DNA from: Ylistrum balloti
Taxonomy: Eukaryota
Reading direction: 5' to 3'
Length of the DNA: 64,000 nt
Assembly: GCF_031769215.1 (NCBI RefSeq)
Contig: NW_026782729.1
Span: forward strand, 62,001 to 126,000
Shown here piece after piece: positions 25,530 to 38,900 of this stretch. The position numbers and the translations under genes were made by a program. The stretch's first letter is position 1. Each line of letters opens with the position of its first letter. A model generated the notes under the pieces. The model was not told where the DNA came from. It saw only the letters and a program-made list of their open reading frames with translations, and made no database searches.

Positions 25530-26110
25530 AATAAGATTTGCATAAGAGGTTGTCTCCCCTCAAGGAATAAGAGCTGTATAAAGAGTTGTCTTTCCTCCAA
25601 GAATCAAAGTTGTATTAGGGATTGTCTCCCCTTGAAGAATGAGAAATGTATAAACAACAGACTTTCCTTCAGGAATAAGATTTGTGTAAGAGGTTGTCTC
25701 CCCTCAAGGATTAAGAGTTGTATGAAGGGTTGTCTTTCTTCCTGGAATCAGACTTGTATTTGGAATTGTCTCCCCTTGAGGAATGACAGTTGTATATAGG
25801 GTTGTCTTTTCTCTAGGAATCAGAATTGTGTAAGAGGTTGTCTACCCTTGAGGAATGACAGTTGTATAATGGGTTGTTTTCCTGGAATCAGAATTGTGTA
25901 AGAGGTTGTCTACCCTTGAGGAATGACAGTTGTATAAAGGGTTGTCTTTCTTCCGGGAATCAGAGTTGTATTAGGAATTATCTCTCCTCAATGAATGAGA
26001 GTTTTATACAGAGTCATCTTTCTACATTTAGAATTAGTGTTGTGTAAGTGATTGTCTCCACTCCAGGAATCTCAGTTGTATTGGGGGTTGTTTCCTCTCC
26101 AGGATCAGAA
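25530..26110. repeat. Diverged 36-bp minisatellite with alternating (72/144-bp) higher-order structure, about 16 copies
   Basis: Consensus TGTATAAG(A/G)GGTTGTCT(CCCC/TTTC)T..AGGAAT.AGAGT. Units alternate CTCCCC/CTTTC and keep the 36-bp length except for one indel near 25870. Confidence 0.9.
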
Positions 26111-29100
26111 ATGTTCATCAACATCACTGTTGGATGTGTATTCAATATCGTGTCTGTAACTAGCCACCTGTCGACCTCACTCCAACTAATGGTGTAATAA
26201 TGGGCCATATGTCCTTAAGGAATACAACTTAGACCAATTAAATGTCACAGCCAATTTTATCTTTATCCCAATAGAGACTTAAAATGACTAATGGTCAACA
26301 AAATGGAAGGCACTTTAGCCAAGGGATAGTGGTCAATGAAGATAGTACATTGGAGTTTTTTTCTGTACAGAGCTGCACATTTCCAATAAACTCTGAATTT
26401 TGACACAAGATTTATGACAAGGAAGGATATTACTGTCATTTTAATCTCTTAATCAAAGACAGTTATCACAGATTGAATGTCCTTCTGGTCAACTTTTTGA
26501 CAAATCAAAACAGAAACAATGTATCAGGTGCTTGAGATATTCATGATGTCTACTATAAAATCTGATCCAAGATGACAATTAAAACCTCTATGTACATGTG
26601 ACACACAGCTTTCAAATGGCCACAATACTCAATAAAAAAAACAGAGAACTGAATATCAAAGAAGCCTCAAGTGAAAATCTGAAATGTATAGTTGGGATTC
26701 CTAACCAGAATGGTTATTGTTTTGCCAGTATCATAGATCATGGTTTGTCCTGCATCTTTGTGTTCGAGACCTTAAACAAAACTCTTTACAACAATTGCTA
26801 TGGACAGCAGGTGATTGGCCTCCCGCTTGATGTTCAGTAAGGTATTAAGAGCTGGATTTGCCCGAAGTATTGGTCATCTAGCAGGTTATCAGTTACAAAA
26901 GACGAGATGTCGTCTAGATGCTATTTAATCCTATTTCTAATCATTTGTGCTGGAAACAGGTGCCATTAAATGAATCCTGCATCATGTAGGTGTTTGGATC
27001 AGATGGTGCCAAGTAAGAATAATTGTTGTATCTCTTGATGCAGACTACATGAAATGATTCATATTTAATCAATTGTGTGATGAGCATTATCTTATGTTGT
27101 ATTACTGCATCTTAAAGACACACAGTAATTAGCTACTGCACTCACACCTTAGGGATATATAGAAGCAGCTATTTGAGAGTTGAAGGGTGATAACAGATGT
27201 GATGTAAACTGAAGTACACTGTTAATGTTTAACTATACCAGAAATATACCATCTTGCATAACAGCACTTGTCATGTGTACAAATCTGCCTTCCAGCTGTG
27301 GTTTGTGTATCTCCATGATTTAGACAGATCACAAACAACAGTTGTCATAGAGCCTTCAGTAAATCAACATTATATACTGAATTATCAGTCACCTTGACAA
27401 TAGAAATTCTATTGACAGCCAAAATACCATTACCTGTGGCACAAAACTGGAAGAAAAAATTAAGTCACATGTTCTGGGGAAAATTAAATTATACACAAAA
27501 CAATTGCACTTTAGATATGGCAATAATTTACAAATGTAAAGTCCAATAACACTAGAATTAGACACACAAAATAATGAACAGTAATGAAAGCTTTTAGATT
27601 TTGTCACAGGGAGAGTGAAGATTAATCTGTGGTTCTCTTTATAATCCTTACTGGTATTGTGGCATTAAACCTAACCTTTCAGATAGCACAAATTAGTGTT
27701 AGATCTCTCTATCAAATGTTACCCAGGTCTTAGCAATGTCCTTCCAGGGCAAAAATGCTTCCGATCAATGCATCCCCATTGATTATGTCAAGGCTTCTGT
27801 ACTTTGCAGAACAAGAGTTGAAATATGACGATGAATGGTCAATTAGACTGGCTTTAGAAGACAGTAATCATGGGTGAGGGTATGTTGTGAAGCAAGGCAT
27901 TGCTCTTTAGATTGCAGTGCCAGCCATTTGTCACGGATTGTGGATGGGTCAACCTGCCAGTGAAAGGGCCATCCCCTTCTCTGACTTAGGAAGACACCAT
28001 CCACCTACCATAAAGGGTCATGCATCATTCTCATCAAAGGTGATTGCAGAGTCTTTGAGTATCGACCATCCAACAAGCAATCAATAAAGGTTATCTTATG
28101 GGATCAGTAAAGGACACTAAAACAGAATTCATAGACCTGTATATGTCCTGTGTGTACAATTTTGCTTGTATACCAATGTTTTTAATCACCATGAAAGTTT
28201 GTCAGGTTTTAATAAAAAAATGTCCAGGCTTAATGATATGAAGACAAGAATACCAGGAATAGTATAGAATAACAGAATGATTAGAAGATTATTGTTTAGA
28301 TTCTTCAGTAAACAGAACAAAGCATTCTCTGGCATTCCTTAGAGACCCAGATGCAATATTTCCACATGAAATCACGCTTCTCAGTGATGCTGTAACTGGA
28401 TGAAGACATACTAGGAAGTGAACAAAATTTCAAAAACCAATATCTTAAATTCTGTATAAAAAAAGCCAAATGTAAAATAAAGAGTAATGGCCATGAAAAC
28501 ATATCAATTAATTTGAAAACCAAGAATCACCACGCCAAAAAAATTGCGACAAGCGAAAACTCCAACATATCAGCAGGTTTAATTAACTAAATAACAAGTA
28601 CACAACTTCAGTGTTGGCTGGCAACCTCGGTGAAGATTCATGAAATTAAGGAGAATACTGTTAGTTAGAACAACACTTTCCATGAAGACACAAAAAAAAA
28701 AGCAATTGGAATCAAGAATATTCTGCCTCTTCACTGGTCATGATTAATTAGTTGTTGGGAATGTAGTCCATCATAAAGAACTTGCTCTTTTAAACAGACT
28801 GCCAATGTATAAGTTAAAGTCATTTCCATGAATAAATTTTGTGATTTCACTTTTGAAATAACTATCAGCAGTCAACATCTAGTTTAAAATTTAGTAACTG
28901 TCAAAAAAAGTTTATTTCCTTTATGCATCACACTCTGATACATAACTAGTATGACCTTATATAGAGTTATAAATAAACTTCTTTCAAGTTGTTATTGCAA
29001 ATCGATTTAATTGGATTCACACATGATAATCATCAGTACTTAAAATAGAACACTTCAGTATTTTTCCATCCAATTTCTTTTGTGAGCTAAATGTTAAGGT

Positions 29101-31559
29101 CTTCCAATGTCTCGGCAAAAACATCTTGTCCAGAGTTTTCCATTAGACTTCTGGGATAGGGAAAACATTATAAAACTGTTAAAAAAGAACAGCAAAGTCT
29201 GATCACTTTATACTTTCAAAACATGAAAGGGAAATCCTACCAGCAAGCATGTCAAGAGACCCACTGTTCAAAGCACACTAAAAGCAGGCAGTGGACACAA
29301 GAAGAATTGCATGACATGGCACCACCTGCTGACACGCACATTTCTTTTTTTTCTCTCGTTTATTTTAATCTCTAATATTTCCTAATGATATTACAGCCTG
29401 CCTATTTCTGTCTTTTCCATCTGCAACTGGCATGGATTCAAACTTGTTAGAAGTTGTGGAAAGAGATAGCAAGTCAACATGCAACAGATATTTCCATAAT
29501 CCTGGCCTTTTCATTGCTAGTAACATATTATCGCTCTGTAGTATTCGCAAAGCCTAGCATTATCAATTTGTCTCCTCACACACTTGTCTGTCTAAACGAA
29601 AGCAGGGAACTCTCTAGGGAGAACCTAGGATACAGTGTTTTCTGCTGGTGTGATCCTCATTTAAATGACCAAGACAAACTACCAAACAAGTGTCTGTACT
29701 ATTTAACAGACATTTTGCCCCCTCATCTTTTTCTCTCTACCAATGCAGGCAGCAAATTTGGTGTTGCTTTCCGATTCTATTTAATTTAATGGGCGATGAT
29801 TGCTTTCTGACGGAGGAAGCAATTTATTGAACAGAATCAATATCAACAGTCACACTTTGCTGTCCCTACAGCGTTGGTCCCCTCCCATGGACAATATTGG
29901 TCCATCACATGAAAACGCAAATGTGGTATATTTTCAGCATGATATTGCAAGCTTGCCAAGACAGATATTCCCAGTCTTGTTACTTAAAACATTTAAATTG
30001 CACTGTTGTCCACCTTTTCACTGTCAGATACTGAAGTGGAAGGATTGATTAACAAGATCTGATAAGAAAGATCATTCATCAGTATATGTTACTGTATGTT
30101 ACAGCTGAGCTTTTGTCCCAAAGTCATTAAATATTCGCGTCATGAAGTCCTACTAAATGTACAGGAGGAAGATTTACCTTCTTATTAAAGCTTCACAGAA
30201 AATATAAAATCATCCATCTAGGGAATTAACCAATGTCAGCATGTAAACCATTTCTAAAGTAGTTGCCAATATGTCATAAACATTTTTGAAAAAGGATATT
30301 ATATGACTTATGCTGTGTGGTAATAAAAACCAGTGGGAAACGAAAATGACTGAGTACCAGTTGAAAACTATATCTTCAATCCGACAGACAGTTTGCCAAT
30401 AAGTAGATTACCAATTTTTTCTCCGATTTTAAAAGACTTGAGTGGCTGTGCCCGCCAAGAGAGTAATTTGAATGTTTGCTTTATCACATGTCAATAACAG
30501 GCTTTAGAAGCAATGTTTACTTTATGCACTGAACAACAGCAGATACACTAACACATATCAAACTCATTCCAATTTACACATTTAAATGTCAAATATTAAC
30601 ATAAGATTAAGGGGATAAATGTTTTGAATATGAACTCTTGACTAATGCCAGTACGTTCTGTACAGATAAATTATGTTTGTCAGACAGTTTGAGCATTCTG
30701 CCCGCACAAAACCCCTCGTTTAGGCTGTCATTGATCTGACATCATCCGGGCAAGCTCATCTCACAACAGGAACAATAGAACATCTTTGTCTTTATATGGA
30801 ATTATATATCTCACTAACAAGATTTGGGATAATTAATTTTCTATCTTGAGAACTGTATCTGTAATATTGTTAAGTTTGCATATTTATAACTTATTCGCAG
30901 TCTCTGTGTAAAATAGCATGATTCATCCATGCACCTCAAATCTGGAGAGGTGACACTAAGATATGATGGCATATTTATTGTGAAATTTTCAGGTTGAGTC
31001 ACCAAAGTTCACCTATTTTGATAGATGTGCATGTATTCAAGGACAATTACCCCCAAAACAGTTTTTCTTAAAGGCCAAGATTTCTTCTTTGAATTCTGAC
31101 ATTGATAATAATGGCTCTTTTATTGTCACTGGAAAAGTGTGTGAATAACTCTTCATGGCTGATTTGAACTGATGAATTTATTGAATCTTTATTTCCACAA
31201 ATTTTATTGATAACATTCTGTTTGCTGTTGGGTATAAATCCCATCAACAGATCAACAATAATCTGCTACAGACATCCAACCATATTTCTAGATAAATGCC
31301 ATCGTGGTTAACATCACAACAGTGTCAGCAATCTGGCTATATTTCTAGATAGAATGTTCTTGCGGTTAACATCACGATACTGTTCCCCCCCCCACCCCAG
31401 TGTCCCTTGTCAGTCACATTCTGTATACCTATTGTGTCCATTTCTCTTGTGAAAAATGAGGAGTAAAAGTTCAAGTTTTGATAAAGGACCAAATCCTACC
31501 ACATTGAGATCCATGTATCTTAATACTGGCTTATGTTATATATGTTGCTGAGCAGATTG

Positions 31560-31592
31560 GGGTTCACGGTCAAAAAGACAGGTCAGAGGTCA
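31560..31592 (+). promoter_or_regulatory. Cluster of four nuclear-receptor half-sites including a perfect DR1 (AGGTCA-G-AGGTCA)
   Basis: GGTTCA 31561-66, CGGTCA 31567-72, AGGTCA 31580-85 and AGGTCA 31587-92. Motif match only. Confidence 0.35.
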
Positions 31593-33237
31593 ACAAGATG
31601 GGAACCTGTCACCAACTCCCACTCATTTCCATAATACATTAGCTTAACATCCTTCATGAGCACTCAGCCAAACAGAAAACAATTTGTTGTCTCCATGGGT
31701 GTGACAGAAAGAATGACTTAATGTCAAAATCTGCATATTTCACTACTGTTACTTGTTCTCAATATTACTTTATTCATAATTTGAAGGACTATTTAATTGA
31801 AAATGTGTTTACTCTCTGGAAGAAACTCATTTTGATGCTAACCTTTCCATAAAAAAAGCACGTTAAAAAGGGAAAAAGAATTTAAACTGTAAATGAAACA
31901 GCTTTATCCTGCCTGGAAATGGGTTCGCAATAAAATCAAACTAGCATCAAATTACAGTAAAAGGTGCTGATCAGTCACATGAAATGTTCATTGCCCAAAA
32001 GACCCCAGGAAACGTATTGTATTGATAACTGGATCACCAGGGATAAGCTCGAGTCTTGTCAGACAGTATCCAGCGAGGAGTCTTGTATAACATTCTCATG
32101 TGAAATATTAGTTTAGGAGAAGCAATATTTTATGTAAATGACAAGGTCCTGAGGTAAATATACTGCTATACCAAAAATAAAATCCCCTCACTTCTCTATA
32201 GATGGATATCAGATATATATTGTACATATGTGTTTTACCTTTAAACCTGGGCATTCATAAAAGGTTAATCGCCGACAAACCTAGAAAGATTTCCTAATCC
32301 ATTACCAAAGTAGCAAATCTGAACACTTGTGATACTTAAAGGCGTCATTTGGATTCTCCTAGTAAAAAATCTCTGATTAATCACTCTTGTTTACAAAGGT
32401 TCACAACCCTACAAACTAACATTACCAAACAAGTTACTGAAATGACCTTTTTAACTTGTTAATCATGGTCGTGGGATATCATTAACCTGAGGTGTATAAC
32501 CCTCTTCATTAAGTTGCTTAAACATCCCGCAAGACAATAACGTCTAGACTTATACTTAAGGGGTTTCTTAATGCATTTTTATACTGACAAATCATGCAAA
32601 TATCTTGCCAAGGAAATCCTAAACAGTGATATAAAGCTTTGCTGTCAGATTAAATGATTCCACCAGACTATCACTAGATATCACAAACATTGCACAACCG
32701 GGCAATTTCTGTTCAAAACTGTTCCTTAGTAAAACAATGAAAAAATAACAGAAAAACCAAATTCCTGACCTAGTCTTCCAATGTATTGTCATGTGTGTTA
32801 TCTATTCACATAAAAAAAGGGTAAATGCTTGCAATAACATTTGGCCATGGGGTCCTTAATCCAATTGCTGGTGACAGATGGAATACACATGGAATGTAAC
32901 TGCGGTCAATGCCATTGGTACAGAGTGATTTTATTAGTACTGTATCTATCCAGTAATAAGTCCACCTATATCAAATCAGTACAATAACAAATGTTATCCA
33001 TTGTCCTGCATTAATACAAACATTCCCTGACTCTGAATAGAAGTTCCCTGGTCTTACTGCAGAGTAAACACGGTAATACCAGGTATGTGCTTTTATATCA
33101 TTGCCTTGGAAAAAGCACACGCAAGATTTCTTGTTGATTGACGATCACTTTGATTTTCAAACAATGTTGCTAAAAAGTTGCAATTTTTACTGAAGCGCGA
33201 AATTAACCGATTTTTGTTAGAATGAAGCTTCACTCAC

Positions 33238-33354
33238 CTTCCCTGAGCATGCCCACTCGTAAACATTTCTGGAAGCGACATGCTTGGCATGCCTTCCTTC
33301 TTCTCTTTGTAATCTCACAGTCTCCATTTGCTGGGCAAGAATACTCTATGTTAC
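33238..33354 (-). CDS. ERR: Estrogen-related receptor (NR3B), second zinc-finger exon of the DNA-binding domain (117 nt; missed by the ORF track)
   Basis: Manual translation of the minus strand gives (G)[38 protein letters not shown](G), the ERR D-box/second C4 finger. Acceptor ttccag|GT at 33354, donor AAG|gtgagt at 33238, phase 1 at both ends. Confidence 0.96.
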
Positions 33355-35734
33355 CTGGAAAAGATAAACAAATTTAACATTAGGTAGACGATACATATTA
33401 CACAAGATATCTTGGAAACAATTCACCATGCTGACAGCATTTTATCTATGACGTAAATGTATCAGCACTTCCTACACAACTAACAATTTTCCAATTGCCT
33501 TTTACATTGACTAAGAGCTATACAAAAGGAATGTGTTTATGTTTTCATATAAATCTCAGTTTAATCAAATGAAATTTGTATCTCCATTGCATGCAAACAC
33601 AATGAAATAAGGAAAAATCAATGCCTATTAAGTTGACTTCACAGCCATTCCCCATGCTTACAAAATCCTTTGTGTTGCTCTGGCAACAGATAAAAGGTTC
33701 TGCTGAATATGGTCTATATGACAACAGAACAGTATGTTTTGAGTGATGAATATTGATATTATATTTTATGAACGACCAATATACATCAGGCAACAATTAT
33801 CTGCTTTTTACTATGTAACTTTATTCCCTCATTGGGCTTTTACAATTTGAAAATAAAAACAATATGGACAAATGATACTGGGTTCTTATATTTACAAATG
33901 TAAAACATTGTTTCATTTAGTTTTGAGGTTGATCCACTACAAGAGGGCTAATCCTTAGCTTCCCACTCATGAATACAATATAATGTAGTTAGTTGTCTGA
34001 TGGTACTAGATCAATAGGGGTTTCAATACTGATACTGTCTGCATCACTATGGCCATATTTAGAGTATGGTCTATAAACAATACAAAGAGGCTCTGTTCTG
34101 TCGTAAAACCAAAAATATCCAATCATAAAATCTCTAAAGCCTCATCCCTCTACTCCGACAGAAAATTGTACCGCTTATTTGACCCTAGAGCTAAAGGAAA
34201 ACAAACATGTCTATGAAAGTGTTATGGTAGATATATATATGTTAAACTTGTTTGTATGGAGAAATCTAGATAGGTCAGCTTCACAATCAAACATCAAAGC
34301 TGTTGTAATGATTCCATTTATATGCAACTAGATAGCTTAAAAAAGATAACACTTTATGTTCATATCCCTGACTGATCATCGACTGTACATTATTGGTATT
34401 TAATATGAAGACATGGCACAGCCAATACCTACCATACAAATCACTATAACTATGGGAGAGGACGGAGAAAGAGAGACAGGGTATTGCTTGTCGCAATAAA
34501 AAAGCCACCGCCTAGACCAGTTTTATTATTGTCAGACTCCAAACTGTCAAATGACAATAGCCTGGAGTAGGATATGTAAGTATGTCTTTACCCACACAGC
34601 CTGAAACTACTGACATTGTGCAAAGTTGCAAATTTTAATCTGTAAATGAAATAAATTTAGCCACGAGAAGATTTAAGGCAAAATTTCAGCACTTGGAAGA
34701 TGTTACCCAAAAATAGTCATAACATTGGAAGATATGTTTACCTAAGTCTTCATTTCAACAGTTTCATACATTAGATATGTAAATGTCACAAGGTTCAGAT
34801 ACTAAAAGGTTCAGTAATAAAGTCAGACACATTCTTGCTTTATATTTCCTCCCGTCAATACTTTTGAAGAAAACGTTGACCATAAAACAATAAAAGAAAA
34901 GAATTTGCGATATAAATCCAATCTTTACTGTGTACACCAAACGAGATAATATATTAAGTAATGCAGTGTTTCTAGTCAAACAAGGCAAACTGAAGTGGAG
35001 CTTCAAGTGGCTAATAAGTAAACTCAACAAGGTATACTCTACACAGTGACACCTTGATGGAAGTCTTATAATGTTATACACATACAGGAACACTTCAAAG
35101 TTCAAGGCCAATTAAGACATACCCCTCAATCATTATCAACTCAGAGCAGACATAATTTGATGGCTAACTACTTGTTTGCATCATATTTTGAACCAGACTG
35201 TTTCAATTTCATGCAAATTTTAAAACTGAAGAATGATATGAAAATGCTAATGATGAGCCTTATGCACTCATTGCACAGAGGCGGCCGGTACACATAAGGC
35301 ATATCATATATCATAGGTGCATTACTGCAATTAAATTTCCTGCTCAGATCATTATAGGATCAGTCAAAAGTATCACAAACAATGCTTAAATCAAACAAAT
35401 TCCTTTGAAGTTCTTTGTTTAACCAATGTTCTCACTAACTTTTCACAAAGTTGATATGTTTCTAATGTAAATGGCGGTATGTTTGTCAGGCCACAGAGTG
35501 ATAAACAGTCAATAAAACAGTGAATTCAAAATCCATGAAATGCTGTTGACCAACTGTTCAAGCAGTCCCAGTAGAGAACATTTGATAAGTTTTATGATAT
35601 GAAACTACAGACCTGTCATTTTATGTATATGGTATAAAAGATCGAACAGTATATAAAACCTAACCTTCTGTATATTGTCATAAGCATTTGTGAAATACTT
35701 GTACCTGACTGTCAGCTAGGTTGGCAATGGTCAT

Positions 35735-35995
35735 AATTAAATGTTGACCTTGACCAGTGATTATTTCAATAGAAAAAGTTAAATGCAGACCTTAATCAAC
35801 ATTTCTTCAATAACTACAGTTATATGTTGACTTTGATTTGTCCTCACTCCAACAGCAAGTTAAATGCTGACCTTGACCTGTCTTCACTCCAATAATGAGT
35901 TAAATGCTGACCTTGACCTGTCTTCACTCCAATAATGAGTTAAATGCTGACCTTAACGTTTCTTCACCCCAAAGAGGAAGTGTTAAATGCAAACT
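35735..35995. repeat. 40-bp minisatellite (about 7 copies) carrying ERR response elements
   Basis: Unit AGTTAAATGCTGACCTTGACCTGTCTTCACTCCAATAATG. TGACCTTGA (=TCAAGGTCA) at 35745, 35868 and 35908; TGACCTTAA at 35948. Confidence 0.85.
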
Positions 35996-38900
35996 TAAGA
36001 CTTGCAAAAATAATGACTTCAGACTTGCCAACACTAATGACTAGAGACAAACGAGATTATGCTTCCCTGTTGACATAATTAAAAGATTACAGGATGTGAG
36101 TCACTACTTACTTTTTAACTCAAGAAACATCCTTTTACTTGTATTCTTTTCCAACTAAATCAAAGTACTTTAAAATCAAATTCATTATCTAGTACATCAG
36201 AACATGCAAATGATTTTAAAAATCTATAAAGATGTCTGAAAATAGACCTGATTAAAAAAAAAAAAAGACGTAAACAATTTAACCACTTGAAAACATTTCA
36301 GAAATTTTATTTCTTTATAATCCTTAATATTCCACAAAAAACCTAGAGTTGTAGAGTACCTTCAACCCATAAAAGTGTCAGCTGCATTTACTCTTCCACG
36401 CTGCCTTAAATCATAAATCAGTCAGCAAACCTTGCCTTGCTAATTGAACTTGTGTGTGAAGTTTCAGCTCCTTTAGTTGTGCTATGTATCCACAATTGGC
36501 TTTATTTACAAACATCTATCCTTCAACATAGCAACTGAATTGGAGCCAAATCTAGCTAACATTTGGAGAAAGAGACAACAAAAGAAACAGGTATTGCCTC
36601 AATTGTGCATAAAGGTTCAGTTTGGTGACAAAGAAACACCAAAAAGTAATCAAGGGAAATAACTCATGCTACCCAAGTATCATTTCCAGGTGTCACTAGG
36701 TGTGAATCTGACTTCCTTGAGTGAGGGTTCATTAAAACTCTGTCAGATATTAAATATACTATGTATAATCGATGATATATCAATATATTCTAATTAAAGA
36801 CGCAAAAGGCGTTCATTCATAAATAAATATTAATTTTTTCATGTGTTGTTTCTATAGGATAAATTCTACATGGCGTAGATTTGTATAAATATCTATTATA
36901 CAGATAAGAGTACATCCTTGTTGTATTTATCAATTTAACAATAATTACAAGTTGTTTGTTTCATCTGGAATTCCTCACCCCTGTTATTTATGATCGTGTC
37001 ACTTCTTTTACCAAAGTTGCTGAGGTTATTCAAATTTTGAAACACATGTCTAGAAATTTACATACTTTGCTTACATATACATACCACATTTTATTCTGTA
37101 CACATGCAAAAAAAATTTGAACATTTTTGTATAACACAACATAAACACATTTCTAGCAAGGTTCACTTTACTTCAGAAAGACCTTGACCTATCTTCCTTA
37201 AGTGCAGTATCAGGTTTCTTTATAGGACACATGTAAGACACTGCACTTCGTGCAAGAAATTTGACAAATGACAAGACTCAATTAAGAATGCTTAGGTAAT
37301 TAATGGTCAGCAAATTTGGCAAAATTATTATCATCATTTCAGTACACTCCAAACCCAAAACAAAACATAACCTTAATTAACCCTTGTGCAAAACCTTCTG
37401 ATAATGGCACCTACAAATCTAGCATTGTAACAAGAGGCGTGTATAGAGGTAAAAGTTCCTTGCCCGGTACAGACACTCAATGACACCCCAATTTACCCTA
37501 CTCAATGAGGTATTCCTGTAACCCTCTGACAAAAAATATATAGCTGATAATTAGAGGTAAATGCTTGGCCATCTGTTATTTTTTCCTCCTACAAACAAGA
37601 TTTAGATCAGCTTGTTTGGCTAAATGCCAATTATAACACCTTTCTGGTATCTGCAATAACCAAGGGTCTGATTTGATGAAATTCACAGACTTTCAGGAAA
37701 ATTTGACCCTAAATTACCATATGGGATCTACATCATTAGGTAATAGGTTATAATAAGTAGTGAAGGAGTATTTTAAATGTGCACCATGTTAAATGCAAGT
37801 GTAGTCGTAACATGATAAAACTGCAAATTTCCAGAACATGGTCAGAATTCTTGAGCATTGTTACGAGTTTGCCAATCTTTGTTATTGTCCTTTTATAAAA
37901 AAGCAATTTCTGTTGGCATGAGTAAATCAATTTCATTAGTGTTTATTGCAGCACAATTATGCAAAACCAATTGTTTGCATACTTGTACGCCTTTTATGTA
38001 TTCAATCATCCATAATTTTATTAATTTGAATTCTTTCCTCCCAACTAGAAACATTGTTAGCCTGCCAACAAACCCAGCAGTACATTGTGGTACCTTCAAG
38101 GGAACTCAGCATATCACCCTCAAAGAAAACAGGAAGAAATTCACTCTAGTTACACAGAGGCATCATCAACAGTTAGTAACACATGATGATACCTACTCCC
38201 TACAGGTAAAATAGATGTCTCAGGGTTAGTATAACCTAATACACTGACTGCTGATGTAACACTACATCAACTTGCAACAATGTCTAGAGTATTGTGATGG
38301 CCTATTTCCGTGTGGAGGAAATGCATCACAACCTCACCACTGCTCTGACATGACAGTTACATTAGTGTAAGAAACACTGGCCCCACACCAAACACTGTAT
38401 GCCAAAGCTCTGTTTTACATGCTGTCATTGTAAACACTCTGCATATCTCTAAGTTCCAGCAGTTCATTTCTCGGTGTATCCTCCATGTGCATCTTCCACA
38501 CCCAATAACACTAAAGTTCTCACAACCTTTCCCCATAAAAAACATCACCACAGCATATGAGTACCAAAATAACAAAGCTCCAATTAAAATCTGGCCATTT
38601 ACCATTGTGCAGATATATACAAATATTCCAAAAGAACATCCATTTAATAGGGGAGGTCTTTAACCCTTGGAATAAATTCTGTTATATGATGCCAGCCTCT
38701 ACTAAAATCCAGTGATGCAACATCTTATATATTTAGCATGCAAATTGTTAATTGTTTTGATAGTGGCTGGATTGTATTACCACAGTGTCCTTTTTAGGTA
38801 AGAAACAGGATAGTTTCAGATCCATCTGTCTCCTTTTCTACTTTTCATTACTTTAAAGCCTGCCAGGGGAGATGAAGTTGGTATATATATATTGACTTGC

